From NCBI GenBank assembly GCA_937991435.1, contig CALKPY010000002.1, positions 9,840-73,839 on the forward strand: a DNA stretch of 64,000 nt. Reading direction: 5' to 3'. Positions 18,140-27,236 of this stretch are shown in pieces; positions within the stretch are counted from its first letter, which is position 1; each line of letters opens with the position of its first letter. The notes beneath the pieces were generated by a model. The model had not been told where the DNA came from. It ran no database searches and saw only the letters and a list, made by a program, of their open reading frames with translations. This DNA is from an uncultured Acidimicrobiales bacterium (GTDB lineage: Bacteria; Actinomycetota; Acidimicrobiia; Acidimicrobiales; UBA10347). The position numbers were made by a program, and so were the translations under genes.

Positions 18140-21100
18140 ATGGCCGACCAAAAGCCGTACCCAAGCGTCGAGGCGAAACTCGACCTTCCTGCCCTCGAAT
18201 CTCGCATTCTTGAGGTCTGGAAAGACGAAGGTGCGTTCGCTGCCTCAATCGAGCAACGCTCCCCCGACAACGAATATGTGTTCTATGACGGACCGCCGTT
18301 TGCCAATGGGTTGCCGCACTACGGCCACCTGTTGACCGGTTACGTCAAAGACGTTGTGCCTCGCTTCCAAACAATGCTCGGAAAGCGCGTAGACCGCCGG
18401 TTCGGCTGGGATTGTCACGGTCTCCCGGCCGAGATGGGCGTAGAACAAGAACTTGGTGTTTCCGGACGCCGCGCCATTACCGAATACGGAATCGACAGTT
18501 TCAACGAATACTGCCGGTCCTCGGTGCTGCGCTACACCGCCGAATGGGAACGCTCAGTCACTCGCCAAGCGAGATGGGTGAAGTTCGACAACGACTACAA
18601 GACCATGGACCTGTCCTACATGGAGAGTGTCATCTGGGCGTTCAAGCAGCTCTGGGACAAGGGACTCATTTACAGGGCCAACCGGGTCATGCCCTATTCG
18701 TGGGGGGCGGAAACGCCGCTGTCGAACTTTGAGATCCGCCTTGACGATGCCACCCGTCCTCGCCAAGATCCAGCGCTCACTGTTGGCTTTGATCTCGCGC
18801 CGATCGACGCTGACCCCGGACCTCTTCGCCTTTTTGCGTGGACTACGACCCCGTGGACGCTGCCTTCAAACCTGGCCCTCGCCGTCGGTCCCCAAATCGA
18901 GTACTCGGTGATTCGCTCAAGCGAATGGGCCGGCACGCTGCTGATTCTCGGAAGCTCGACCATTGCCAACTACGAACGTGAGCTCGGCGAGCACGAGGTC
19001 GTCGCGACCATGACTGGTGCGGACCTGATTGATCGCACCTACTCGCCGTTGTTTCCCTATTTCGCTGGCCACGAGAACGCCTTCCGCGTCTTGGGCGCGG
19101 ACTTCATCGACACGGCCGAAGGCACCGGCGTTGTGCATATGGCGCCTGGTTTCGGTGAAGATGACCAGACGACATGTGAAGCCGCCGGAATCGAGATGGT
19201 CGTACCAGTCGATGACGAGGGTCGGTTCACCGAGCCGGTGTCTGAGTGGGTCGGCTCCAATGTGTTCGAGGCCAACCCGCTTGTTATCGCCCACCTCAAA
19301 ACCCAGGGCGTCGTGCTGCGCCACGAGACCTACGATCACAATTACCCGCATTGCTGGCGCACCGATACGCCAATCATCTACCGGGCGTTGCCCTCGTGGT
19401 ACGTCGAGGTGACAGCCTTTCGCGATCGAATGGTCGAGTTGAATCAAGAGATCAACTGGGTGCCAGAGCATGTACGCGACGGTCGCTTCGGCAAGTGGCT
19501 TGAAGGTGCACGAGACTGGTCGATCAGCCGCAACCGGTTCTGGGGTTCGCCAATTCCGGTCTGGGAGTCTGACGACCCGGCCTATCCGCGCACTGACGTA
19601 TACGGCAGCCTCGACGAACTCGAAGCCGACTTCGGCGTGCGCCCCACAGACCTGCACCGGCCGTACGTCGATGACCTGGTTCGCCCCAATCCCGATGATC
19701 CGACCGGGAAATCGATGATGCGCCGCGTACCCGAGGTCTTCGACTGTTGGTTCGAGAGCGGATCGATGCCCTATGCGCAGGTGCACTACCCCTTCGAGAA
19801 TAAGGAGTGGTTTGAGAGCCACTTCCCCGCCGACTTCATTGTTGAATACATCAACCAGACTCGCGGCTGGTTCTACACGCTGCATGTGTTGTCTACTGCG
19901 TTGTTTGACCGCCCACCATTCCGCAATGCCATCGGCCACGGTGTGGTACTCGCCGAAGACGGAGCGAAGCTTTCGAAACGGCTAAAGAACTACCCCGATC
20001 CGGAAGAGATCTTTTCGACAGTCGGCGCAGATGCGCTGCGGTGGTATCTCATGGCGTCGCCAATCGTTCGAGGCGGCGATCTGCGCATCAGCGAGCGCGA
20101 GATACGCGACGTCACCCGGCTGATCATCAACCCGATCTGGAACGCCTATTCGTTCTTTACGCTCTATGCCAACGCCGATGGTGTGACAGCCAAGTTCGAT
20201 GCCTCGAGCGACGAGCTTCTCGACAAGTACATCCTCGCCAAAACCTGCACGTTCGTCGAGTCGGTCACCGCTTCGATGCACGCGTATGACCTGCCAGGAG
20301 CTACTGCGACTGCTCAATCATTCACCGACGCTCTCAATAACTGGTACATCAGACGCAGCCGCAGCCGATTCTGGGCGCCGGCGTCAACCAGCGCCACAGC
20401 GGACAAGCAGGCCGCTTACAACACGCTGTACACCGTTCTCATCACGCTTGTCCGTACGTTGGCCCCGTTGCTACCAATGGTGGCAGACGAGATCCACCGA
20501 GGCCTCACAGGCGGTGTCTGCGTTCACCTCGCCGACTGGCCAGACGCTACAGAACTTCCGAGTAATCCTGAACTCGTAGCCCAAATGGACGTTGTCCGCG
20601 ACGTCTGCTCGACTGCTCTGAACCTTCGCGAAGACCATGGCATCGGCGTGCGTGTTCCGCTTGCCAGCATGGTGATCGCCGGCGCGGGTGCTTCCAGCCT
20701 TGATGGTTTACTCGAACTCGCAGCCGACGAAGTGAACGTCAAGTCCGTGACCGTGTCCGATGACCTTGACGCATACGCAGAACAGGTACTGAAGCCCAAC
20801 GGGCGGGTACTCGGGCCGCGGCTAGGCAAAGACATGCAAGCTGTGCTCGGCGCCGCACGCGAAGGCAACTGGACTCTTACCGCGAACGGAAGCGCCGAAG
20901 TCGCAGGGCACACGCTCAGCGGTGACGACTTCGAACTGGCGCTTGAACCCAAACATGGTGGTGCAGTCGGATCGCTAGCTTCTGGGGAAGCTGTGGTGGC
21001 ACTCGACACGGTCTTGACCGACGCACTCGTCAACGAAGGACATGCTCGTCAGCTCGCGCGACACGTGCAAGACGCCCGACGTCAGGCCGAACTCGACGTA

Positions 21101-21286
21101 AGCGATCGAATTCGTTTGCGTCTCGCCGCCTCTGACGAAGTGCAGGGTTGGCTTGGTCCGCACCTCGACAACCTCGCTGCCCAGGTACTGGCTACTGAGG
21201 TCGCTTTCGGGGCAATCGACGACGTCAACACCACCTGTGTGTTGGGTGACCAGACCGTCGGCATCAGCATCGTACTCGCTGGCTAG
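18140..21286 (+). CDS. ileS: Isoleucyl-tRNA synthetase (long, type-2 form)
   Basis: Class-I HIGH motif PHYGHLL and KMSKS-type motif KLSKRLKNY; 1048 aa from ATG 18140, which has a GAGGGA Shine-Dalgarno 6 nt upstream. Confidence 0.97.
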   Translation: MADQKPYPSVEAKLDLPALESRILEVWKDEGAFAASIEQRSPDNEYVFYDGPPFANGLPHYGHLLTGYVKDVVPRFQTMLGKRVDRRFGWDCHGLPAEMGVEQELGVSGRRAITEYGIDSFNEYCRSSVLRYTAEWERSVTRQARWVKFDNDYKTMDLSYMESVIWAFKQLWDKGLIYRANRVMPYSWGAETPLSNFEIRLDDATRPRQDPALTVGFDLAPIDADPGPLRLFAWTTTPWTLPSNLALAVGPQIEYSVIRSSEWAGTLLILGSSTIANYERELGEHEVVATMTGADLIDRTYSPLFPYFAGHENAFRVLGADFIDTAEGTGVVHMAPGFGEDDQTTCEAAGIEMVVPVDDEGRFTEPVSEWVGSNVFEANPLVIAHLKTQGVVLRHETYDHNYPHCWRTDTPIIYRALPSWYVEVTAFRDRMVELNQEINWVPEHVRDGRFGKWLEGARDWSISRNRFWGSPIPVWESDDPAYPRTDVYGSLDELEADFGVRPTDLHRPYVDDLVRPNPDDPTGKSMMRRVPEVFDCWFESGSMPYAQVHYPFENKEWFESHFPADFIVEYINQTRGWFYTLHVLSTALFDRPPFRNAIGHGVVLAEDGAKLSKRLKNYPDPEEIFSTVGADALRWYLMASPIVRGGDLRISEREIRDVTRLIINPIWNAYSFFTLYANADGVTAKFDASSDELLDKYILAKTCTFVESVTASMHAYDLPGATATAQSFTDALNNWYIRRSRSRFWAPASTSATADKQAAYNTLYTVLITLVRTLAPLLPMVADEIHRGLTGGVCVHLADWPDATELPSNPELVAQMDVVRDVCSTALNLREDHGIGVRVPLASMVIAGAGASSLDGLLELAADEVNVKSVTVSDDLDAYAEQVLKPNGRVLGPRLGKDMQAVLGAAREGNWTLTANGSAEVAGHTLSGDDFELALEPKHGGAVGSLASGEAVVALDTVLTDALVNEGHARQLARHVQDARRQAELDVSDRIRLRLAASDEVQGWLGPHLDNLAAQVLATEVAFGAIDDVNTTCVLGDQTVGISIVLAG

Positions 21287-21348
21287 GACCACCGCCGGTA
21301 GCCGTCACAACAACGCCGATCGCTCAGTCGAACAACGGCCGCAGTGAT

Positions 21349-22431
21349 CTAGTCGCGATCGAAAAACCCGTCGTCGGCATCGTCATCATCTGCATCATCG
21401 GCGGCATCGCGTAGCTCGGAAAGAAAACTGTCGCTGCGATCGCTCGCAAGGTCGTCGCTGCTTCCGGAAACTTCCGAAAGGAACGTTCCGGCTGACGCAG
21501 CCCTAGTGCCATGAGCGCTAGTTTCGGCTACCTCAGGCTCATCGACCACCGTGTCGTCGGGCAACTCGAGGTCGTACTCATAGTGGGCGTCGGTATCGGT
21601 TTCGGAATCAATCGAAATCACCTCGGCCAGCGACGTCGGATCATCGCCGTCAGATTTTGCTGCCGTCGCTGGCACAGGATCGCTCGTAGGCGGCAGGTCC
21701 GCTTCGGCCTCTACCGATCGTAGGTGTCCCCCAATGTGGCTGGGCTCGGTCACTGCTTCTGACGTTCGAGCGGCAGCAGGAGCCGGATCGGCCGCTCGTT
21801 CCGCTGACGGTTCGGTCGTGGCCAGCCCGGCAAGAGTCACCTCGGCGTCGACATAATCAGGCAGGTCAACGGCAAGAAGCGGTCCTGCAGCCGCGGCGGC
21901 GAGGGTGTCAGATGCCTCTCTCGACTGGTGGCGATACCGGTCGAGAGCTGCCTTGAGCTCCACAGCTTCGGCCCGCAGATCGTTGCGTACTCGGCGCACT
22001 TGAGCGAGCTCACCCATTGCCTTGTCACGTTCAACCTTGATTGCGCTTCTTGCGGCGATCACGCCCTGCTCACGTACTTCAGCTGCTTGCAGCTCGATGT
22101 CTGCCAGCAGCTTCGCTGCCCGCGCGTCTGCGTCGGCAATCGTTGCTGTTGCATGTTCGTCGGCGTCGGTACGGCGACGGTCAGACTCAACGCGAGCATC
22201 GTGCAGCACGCGATCGGCGGTCTCCTGGGCGATCGCCAAGGTGCGTTTTACGGCACCCTCGGGGTCGTGCAGACGAACATCTGCGTCAAGACCGTCATCG
22301 GTAACCGAAACTGCACGGCGCAGTTCGGTGACTTCTCCGCGTAATTGTTCGACATAAAGATCGACCTCTTCGCGGTCGTACCCGTCGGGACGGATGGTGA
22401 AACTTCGAAAGGGGAACTCGCCGTCGCTCAT
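21349..22431 (-). CDS. divIVA: DivIVA-domain protein with long coiled-coil and acidic C-terminal tail
   Basis: N-terminus FRSFTIRPDGYDREEVDLYVEQL is the DivIVA lipid-binding domain signature. Position after yggT is as in actinobacterial dcw regions. Confidence 0.85.
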   Translation of the reverse strand: MSDGEFPFRSFTIRPDGYDREEVDLYVEQLRGEVTELRRAVSVTDDGLDADVRLHDPEGAVKRTLAIAQETADRVLHDARVESDRRRTDADEHATATIADADARAAKLLADIELQAAEVREQGVIAARSAIKVERDKAMGELAQVRRVRNDLRAEAVELKAALDRYRHQSREASDTLAAAAAGPLLAVDLPDYVDAEVTLAGLATTEPSAERAADPAPAAARTSEAVTEPSHIGGHLRSVEAEADLPPTSDPVPATAAKSDGDDPTSLAEVISIDSETDTDAHYEYDLELPDDTVVDEPEVAETSAHGTRAASAGTFLSEVSGSSDDLASDRSDSFLSELRDAADDADDDDADDGFFDRD

Positions 22432-22555
22432 TGCTTTGCTCCTTGGGTTGCGCCGACCGCGACCACAATCTCGAAAGGCTAGCCAGAGAGATGTCGGGTT
22501 GTCGCGATGGCGTTCAGTTCAATTGAAGATCAGGCAGTTGCGCGGGCTGACGAGC

Positions 22556-22807
22556 TCAACACAGGAATCCTGTGAGAATACGTGCGCCGAAAATGACGAC
22601 GATCGGAGACAAGTCAAGACCGACCGAGCCGAAACGGGCGACAGGAAGCATGCGTCGCAGCGGTCCAAGCACCGGTTCGGTGAGCAAATGCAGCAGTCCT
22701 TGGAACGTTGCCACAAGCCCATCGGAGTTGATTGGAAACCAGCTCATGACGATGCGAACGAGTACTACCACTACGTAGGCGTCGATGATGGTGCACAGGA
22801 CAGCCAT
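22556..22807 (-). CDS. yggT: YggT-family membrane protein
   Basis: 83 aa with VLVRIVMSWFP...LTEPVLGPLRRMLP pattern. Lies between sepF and divIVA. Confidence 0.85.
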   Translation of the reverse strand: MAVLCTIIDAYVVVVLVRIVMSWFPINSDGLVATFQGLLHLLTEPVLGPLRRMLPVARFGSVGLDLSPIVVIFGARILTGFLC

Positions 22808-22917
22808 TAGATCTCTGATTCTGCTTCTCGGCGCCGGCGCGTATTTCGCGACCGTGGGGTTTCGTCCAGTAGGGAGGTTTCATTCAGTAAGGACTTGTGT
22901 ATTGAGATCACGGCGGC

Positions 22918-23553
22918 TCAGGTGAGCAAGCCTGTTTCGCGCAGCATGCGGTGGTCCTCTGCGCTCAACTGGACATCGGCTGGGGTGACGAGAAACACAC
23001 GGTCGCCTACTCGCTGCATTTGCCCGCCAAGGCCGTAGCAAAGGCCGCTGCAGAAGTCGATAAGCCGTCGGCCAAGCTCGGCATCGGTTTCGCGCAAGTT
23101 CAGAAGCACCGGTGCGCCACCCCGGAAACGATCCGCGACTTCCTGCGCGTCGTTGAAACTTCGGGGGGCCACGATTTGGGGCTTCGAGGGTCCACGAGCG
23201 GGCACAGCACGAACCGATCCCATGCTCTGTCCCATTGTGGAATAGTCCGCCTCGACAGGCTGGAGCGTGCGGTTCGACATCTGCGCACCTGTCAGATCTC
23301 GCACTGTTGATGCTTCTCCCCCGGCTTCAGGCAAATTCGTCGGGGTAGACATTGGCCCAAGCGACCGCACAGCGGTGAAGTCTGAGGCAGGCCGTTCCGT
23401 CGTCGTGGCCCCAACCTCGTGATCAGACGGAAGCGGTGTTACCTGGCCTCCTGTCAGGGCAGGGTCGACCGCGCCGCCCTGATCAGGCAACGGTTCATAG
23501 TCTGCGTCGGGACCAAGCCCGAGCCATGACATCGTGGTTTTGAAGAGTGACAT
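22918..23553 (-). CDS. sepF: Cell division protein SepF
   Basis: N-terminal membrane-targeting helix MSLFKTTMSWLGLG and C-terminal FtsZ-binding domain IVAPRSFNDAQEVADRFRGGAPVLLNL...DFCSGLCYGLGG. Confidence 0.9.
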   Translation of the reverse strand: MSLFKTTMSWLGLGPDADYEPLPDQGGAVDPALTGGQVTPLPSDHEVGATTTERPASDFTAVRSLGPMSTPTNLPEAGGEASTVRDLTGAQMSNRTLQPVEADYSTMGQSMGSVRAVPARGPSKPQIVAPRSFNDAQEVADRFRGGAPVLLNLRETDAELGRRLIDFCSGLCYGLGGQMQRVGDRVFLVTPADVQLSAEDHRMLRETGLLT

Positions 23554-23654
23554 ACGCCTATCAGACCTGTTGGTGGAGCGTGCCCCGAATAGTAGTTACG
23601 CAATCGGTCCGGGTGGCGGAGGGTCGGCCGCGGAGCGCCGATTTCGCCGCGAAC

Positions 23655-24338
23655 CTATGTTCTTGGGCCAAAGATTCCTGATCCGACTCTGACCATTGTC
23701 GACCCATTTCGCACTGCAGGAAGCAGATCGGCGGTCATGCCCATAGAGCATGTCGCCAGCGACAGTTGGTCGCACAGGCGTCTGAGCTCGCCAAATGCTG
23801 CTGCAGTGGCAGTCTCATCTCGGTGCGTTCCAACCCCCATCAGACCTTCGACTGTCAAGCCCAGTTCGGTCGCGGCTTCGACCAGTGCCGGAACGTCGTG
23901 CAACGCTGCTCCAGCTTTGCGTTCGGTGTTAGAGAGATTGGCCTGAATAAGTACCCGAGCTCCTGGCGCTCGACGGGCGATCTCTGATGCAACCCGAAGC
24001 CGATCGACTGACTGCCAAAGCGTCACCTCGCCAGCAATGAGCCGAACCTTATTGGTTTGCAGCTGTCCAATGAAGTGCCACTCGACGTCGTGCAGCCCTA
24101 GCTCGGTTAACAACGCAGCTTTAGCAGCCAGTTCTTGGGCGTAGTTCTCGCCGAAGCACCGAAGGCCGACGCGGTGCGCTGCAACCAGTGCCTCGACAGG
24201 CTGACCTTTCGTAACTGCGAGCAGGCGCACTTCGCGGAACGGGGCGATCGACTCTCGCGCTGCTGGCACATTTTTCGACAGACGAACGAGAAATGCTTCG
24301 ACGACCGACTCGTCAATGTTGGGGTGGCTAAGAGGCAT
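23655..24338 (-). CDS. yggS: YggS-family pyridoxal-phosphate homeostasis protein
   Basis: 227 aa with LLAVTKGQP (PLP-lysine), HFIGQLQTNKV and MGMTADL motifs. Confidence 0.9.
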   Translation of the reverse strand: MPLSHPNIDESVVEAFLVRLSKNVPAARESIAPFREVRLLAVTKGQPVEALVAAHRVGLRCFGENYAQELAAKAALLTELGLHDVEWHFIGQLQTNKVRLIAGEVTLWQSVDRLRVASEIARRAPGARVLIQANLSNTERKAGAALHDVPALVEAATELGLTVEGLMGVGTHRDETATAAAFGELRRLCDQLSLATCSMGMTADLLPAVRNGSTMVRVGSGIFGPRT

Positions 24339-25050
24339 CTGCCCACCACGCCATCAAAGCGACCCTCGACGGTTCTGATCGCGCACGATGAGACCAGAAC
24401 TGTCCAGCATTGCTTGCCGTGCATGTCTGAGCCGTCACGACTGGGCGAACTGCTAGACGCCGAAACTCGCTCGACACAACCTCGCCCAGGTCGAGAGCGG
24501 GCTTGCCGTGCCTCGTCGTCGACCGCACGGCGGTTCCGAATCGGCTCTCGAAACAATCGAGCAGGTCAGAACCAAACTCATAGTGGTATGGGCTGATATG
24601 GGGCCCGACAACCCCAATCAACTCTTGTCGATTCGATGCATGACAGCGCACGCTGCGCGCCAGGGTTTCGATCACACCATGGAACAGACCCTGCCAGCCG
24701 CCATGGGCGACTCCCAGCCGGCCTGAGGCGCTCGCAATAGCCACAGTCACACAGTCGCCAGAATGCACCGCCAGCACTTGGCCACGTTGGTTCGTGACCA
24801 GCGCATCCCCAAAGCCGTGAATACCTTGGGGCGGCGCAACCGAGGTCGCGCCGATGCGTCGGTCGATATCGATCACGCGATCGCTGTGAATCTGTCGCAC
24901 CACATGCCAAGGCATGTCGACGACATCGGCGCGACGCCGAGCGAGCGTGTCGGGATCGACCATCGCCACCGACATGTCGCCGTCAGATTTCGTGGTATGA
25001 GCAACGTTGAGTGTTCTGCCGTTCACGACATCGCGGAAAAGCATTTGCAT
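24328..25050 (-). CDS. pgeF: YfiH/PgeF (laccase-domain, DUF152) protein
   Basis: 240 aa with GDALVT...HSGDCV and HGGWQGL motifs typical of YfiH. Immediately downstream of ftsZ. Confidence 0.85.
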   Translation of the reverse strand: MQMLFRDVVNGRTLNVAHTTKSDGDMSVAMVDPDTLARRRADVVDMPWHVVRQIHSDRVIDIDRRIGATSVAPPQGIHGFGDALVTNQRGQVLAVHSGDCVTVAIASASGRLGVAHGGWQGLFHGVIETLARSVRCHASNRQELIGVVGPHISPYHYEFGSDLLDCFESRFGTAVRSTTRHGKPALDLGEVVSSEFRRLAVRPVVTAQTCTASNAGQFWSHRARSEPSRVALMAWWADAS

Positions 25051-25096
25051 AACGAACCGGACCTGGAAGAGTCGCTGGGTTCTCGTTGGTGCTCGC

Positions 25097-26257
25097 CTAC
25101 TTCAGGAACGAAGGTACGTCGAGATCATCGAACTCGCCGATGACCTCAGTTGGTTCCGTCAGGTCTTCGAACGGGTCGCTCAACTCGTCGAAGACATCGC
25201 CTTCGGGTTCGATGTAAGGCGTTTGTTCTCGCGGCGTTGGACGCGGTGCGGTCGCCGCTGTCGAGGTGGGGCTCACGGTTTGACTGGCAGCGGGTACCCC
25301 AGCGTCTTCAGACCAACGGTCGAATCCGGCCGCGATAACGGTGACGCGAAGAGCGTCGCCCATGCTCTCGTCGATAACCGTTCCGAAAATGATGTTTGCG
25401 TCAGGGTGAGCGACAGCGTGAATGATCTCGGCCGCATCGTTGAGTTCCGCGAGGCCCAGCGTCGATCCGCCGGTGATGTTTAGCAATATGCCCCGGGCAC
25501 CCTCGATCGAGGACTCGAGCAATGGACTCGAAATCGCCTTGCGAGCGGCGCCGACACCGCGCTCTTCGCCAGACGCCTGCCCGACGCCCATGAGAGCCGA
25601 GCCTGCGTCGGCGAGAATCATCTTGACGTCAGCGAAGTCAGTATTGACCAGCCCTGGCGTGGTGATAAGGGTTGTGATGCCCTGCACACCTTGCAGTAGT
25701 ACATCATCAGCAATCCGGAACGCTTCGAGCACCGAGGTATCAGGGCTCGAGATCGACAACAGCCGATCATTCGGGATGACGATCTGAGTGTCGACCTTTT
25801 CCTTGAGGCGCCCAATGCCTTGTTCAGCCTGCACCGATCGACGACGGCCCTCAAACGAGAAGGGACGCGTCACAACGCCGATCGTCAGCGCTCCGAGCGA
25901 CTTGGCGATATCAGCAACGACGGGGGCGGCGCCGGTTCCGGTGCCACCGCCTTCGCCTGCGGTGATGAAGACCATGTCAGAGCCTTCGAGCGCAGTTCGG
26001 ATCTCGTCTTCGTGCGCCTCGGCGGCTGCCATGCCGACCTCTGGGTCGCTGCCCGCGCCGAGGCCGCGAGTCAGATCACGTCCGATATCGATCTTGATCT
26101 CGGCGTCGCTCATCAACAATGCCTGAGCATCGGTGTTGATGGCGACGAACTCGACGCCGCGCAAGCCTGCGTCGATCATGCGGTTAACGGCATTGACACC
26201 GCCACCGCCGACTCCGACGACTTTGATGACTGCGAGATAATTGATTGGTGTGGTCAC
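25097..26257 (-). CDS. ftsZ: Cell division GTPase FtsZ
   Basis: Tubulin signature [16 protein letters not shown]-terminus [17 protein letters not shown], and conserved C-terminal peptide [13 protein letters not shown] start with GGAG 6 nt upstream. Confidence 0.98.
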   Translation of the reverse strand: MTTPINYLAVIKVVGVGGGGVNAVNRMIDAGLRGVEFVAINTDAQALLMSDAEIKIDIGRDLTRGLGAGSDPEVGMAAAEAHEDEIRTALEGSDMVFITAGEGGGTGTGAAPVVADIAKSLGALTIGVVTRPFSFEGRRRSVQAEQGIGRLKEKVDTQIVIPNDRLLSISSPDTSVLEAFRIADDVLLQGVQGITTLITTPGLVNTDFADVKMILADAGSALMGVGQASGEERGVGAARKAISSPLLESSIEGARGILLNITGGSTLGLAELNDAAEIIHAVAHPDANIIFGTVIDESMGDALRVTVIAAGFDRWSEDAGVPAASQTVSPTSTAATAPRPTPREQTPYIEPEGDVFDELSDPFEDLTEPTEVIGEFDDLDVPSFLK

Positions 26258-26330
26258 GGGTGCTCCATTCGCACGTGCGATCCGATCAGCTTAGCTTCCG
26301 GAACGTCGACTGTAGGTTTTAGGTGGGACA

Positions 26331-26351
26331 CTCTCAACTTCAAGTTGAGAG
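26331..26351. promoter_or_regulatory. Palindrome CTCTCAACTT-C-AAGTTGAGAG in the ftsQ-ftsZ spacer
   Basis: Perfect 10-bp arms read directly. The core hexamer GTTGAG recurs at 26344, 26370 and 26384, with an inverted copy at 26333. Confidence 0.35.
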
Positions 26352-26438
26352 TTGTGATATCAGGGTGTGGTTGAGGTTTGTCTGTTGAGGAAGTTGGCAG
26401 TGTTGCTCGTGCGCAGTTGTGTCAGGTCGATCCGCCGG

Positions 26439-27236
26439 TCAACAGCTTGCCCGACGAACGATGACAGGAACTGTCGGCGCCGAGAGTTTGAGCTCGTCGA
26501 GGCACGACAGGTCCACCTGTTCAATGAACGATCGCAGAGCTGCGTATTTCTCATCGAGCGCCCTGGCATCACCCAGCGAGGCAACGCCACCGCCCACGAG
26601 ACGAAGCGAAACCGAGTCGACGGTGAGCTCGATGCGTTCCGTCACAAACCGAAGATCAGCCGGTAGCGCTTCTGCAACAACGAGTGCGTCGACAAGTTCC
26701 GATGGCACGATGGTGCCAGGTGCGGCCGAAAACATTGCACCCGAAACCCAAGGGACCTCGACGGCAGAAACGACAGCGTCAAAGGAGACCTCTTCGATGA
26801 CGATGCCGTCGGAGTCGACGACGAGGGCACCATCGTTTGTGAGGAACTGCGCGGTCGGAACCCGTTCTTCGACGGTGATCGTCACGACCCCGTTCCACGA
26901 GCGTTCAACCGACGCATCAGCGACCAGGCGGGCTGCACCAACCGTCTGAGTCGCTGCGTCAAGGTCAAGGCCAAGCAGTGGGCTTCCGAGACGAACGCCA
27001 GACAACTCTCGGACGGTTTCGGGCGAGATCGACGATGCGCCGACGACGCGTACCTCGTCGACGTCGAGAGCCGGAGACTGCGTGAGTAAGGCCGCGACCG
27101 TCGCCACAGCAAGCACTGCGGCGATGGCGAGAGTCCATCGCCTGCGTGAGCGCTCGCTCTGATCGGCTACCTCCGCGCGTCGGGCGCGTATGCGCGGGTG
27201 TAGCGCAACCGGTGCGCTTGGCGTTATCGCGGTCAT
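26439..27236 (-). CDS. ftsQ: Cell division protein FtsQ (POTRA domain)
   Basis: 265 aa: basic N-terminus, single TM (WTLAIAAVLAVATVAALL), then POTRA-like VDEVRVVGASSISPETVRELSG. Canonical position upstream of ftsZ. Confidence 0.85.
   Translation of the reverse strand: MTAITPSAPVALHPRIRARRAEVADQSERSRRRWTLAIAAVLAVATVAALLTQSPALDVDEVRVVGASSISPETVRELSGVRLGSPLLGLDLDAATQTVGAARLVADASVERSWNGVVTITVEERVPTAQFLTNDGALVVDSDGIVIEEVSFDAVVSAVEVPWVSGAMFSAAPGTIVPSELVDALVVAEALPADLRFVTERIELTVDSVSLRLVGGGVASLGDARALDEKYAALRSFIEQVDLSCLDELKLSAPTVPVIVRRASC

Noticed and set aside
18917-19939. 340-aa ORF antisense to ileS
   Set aside because: It lies entirely within the unambiguous IleRS coding region on the other strand. 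Its sequence is R/G/V/A-rich with no recognisable motif. Long antisense ORFs are expected in GC-rich DNA.
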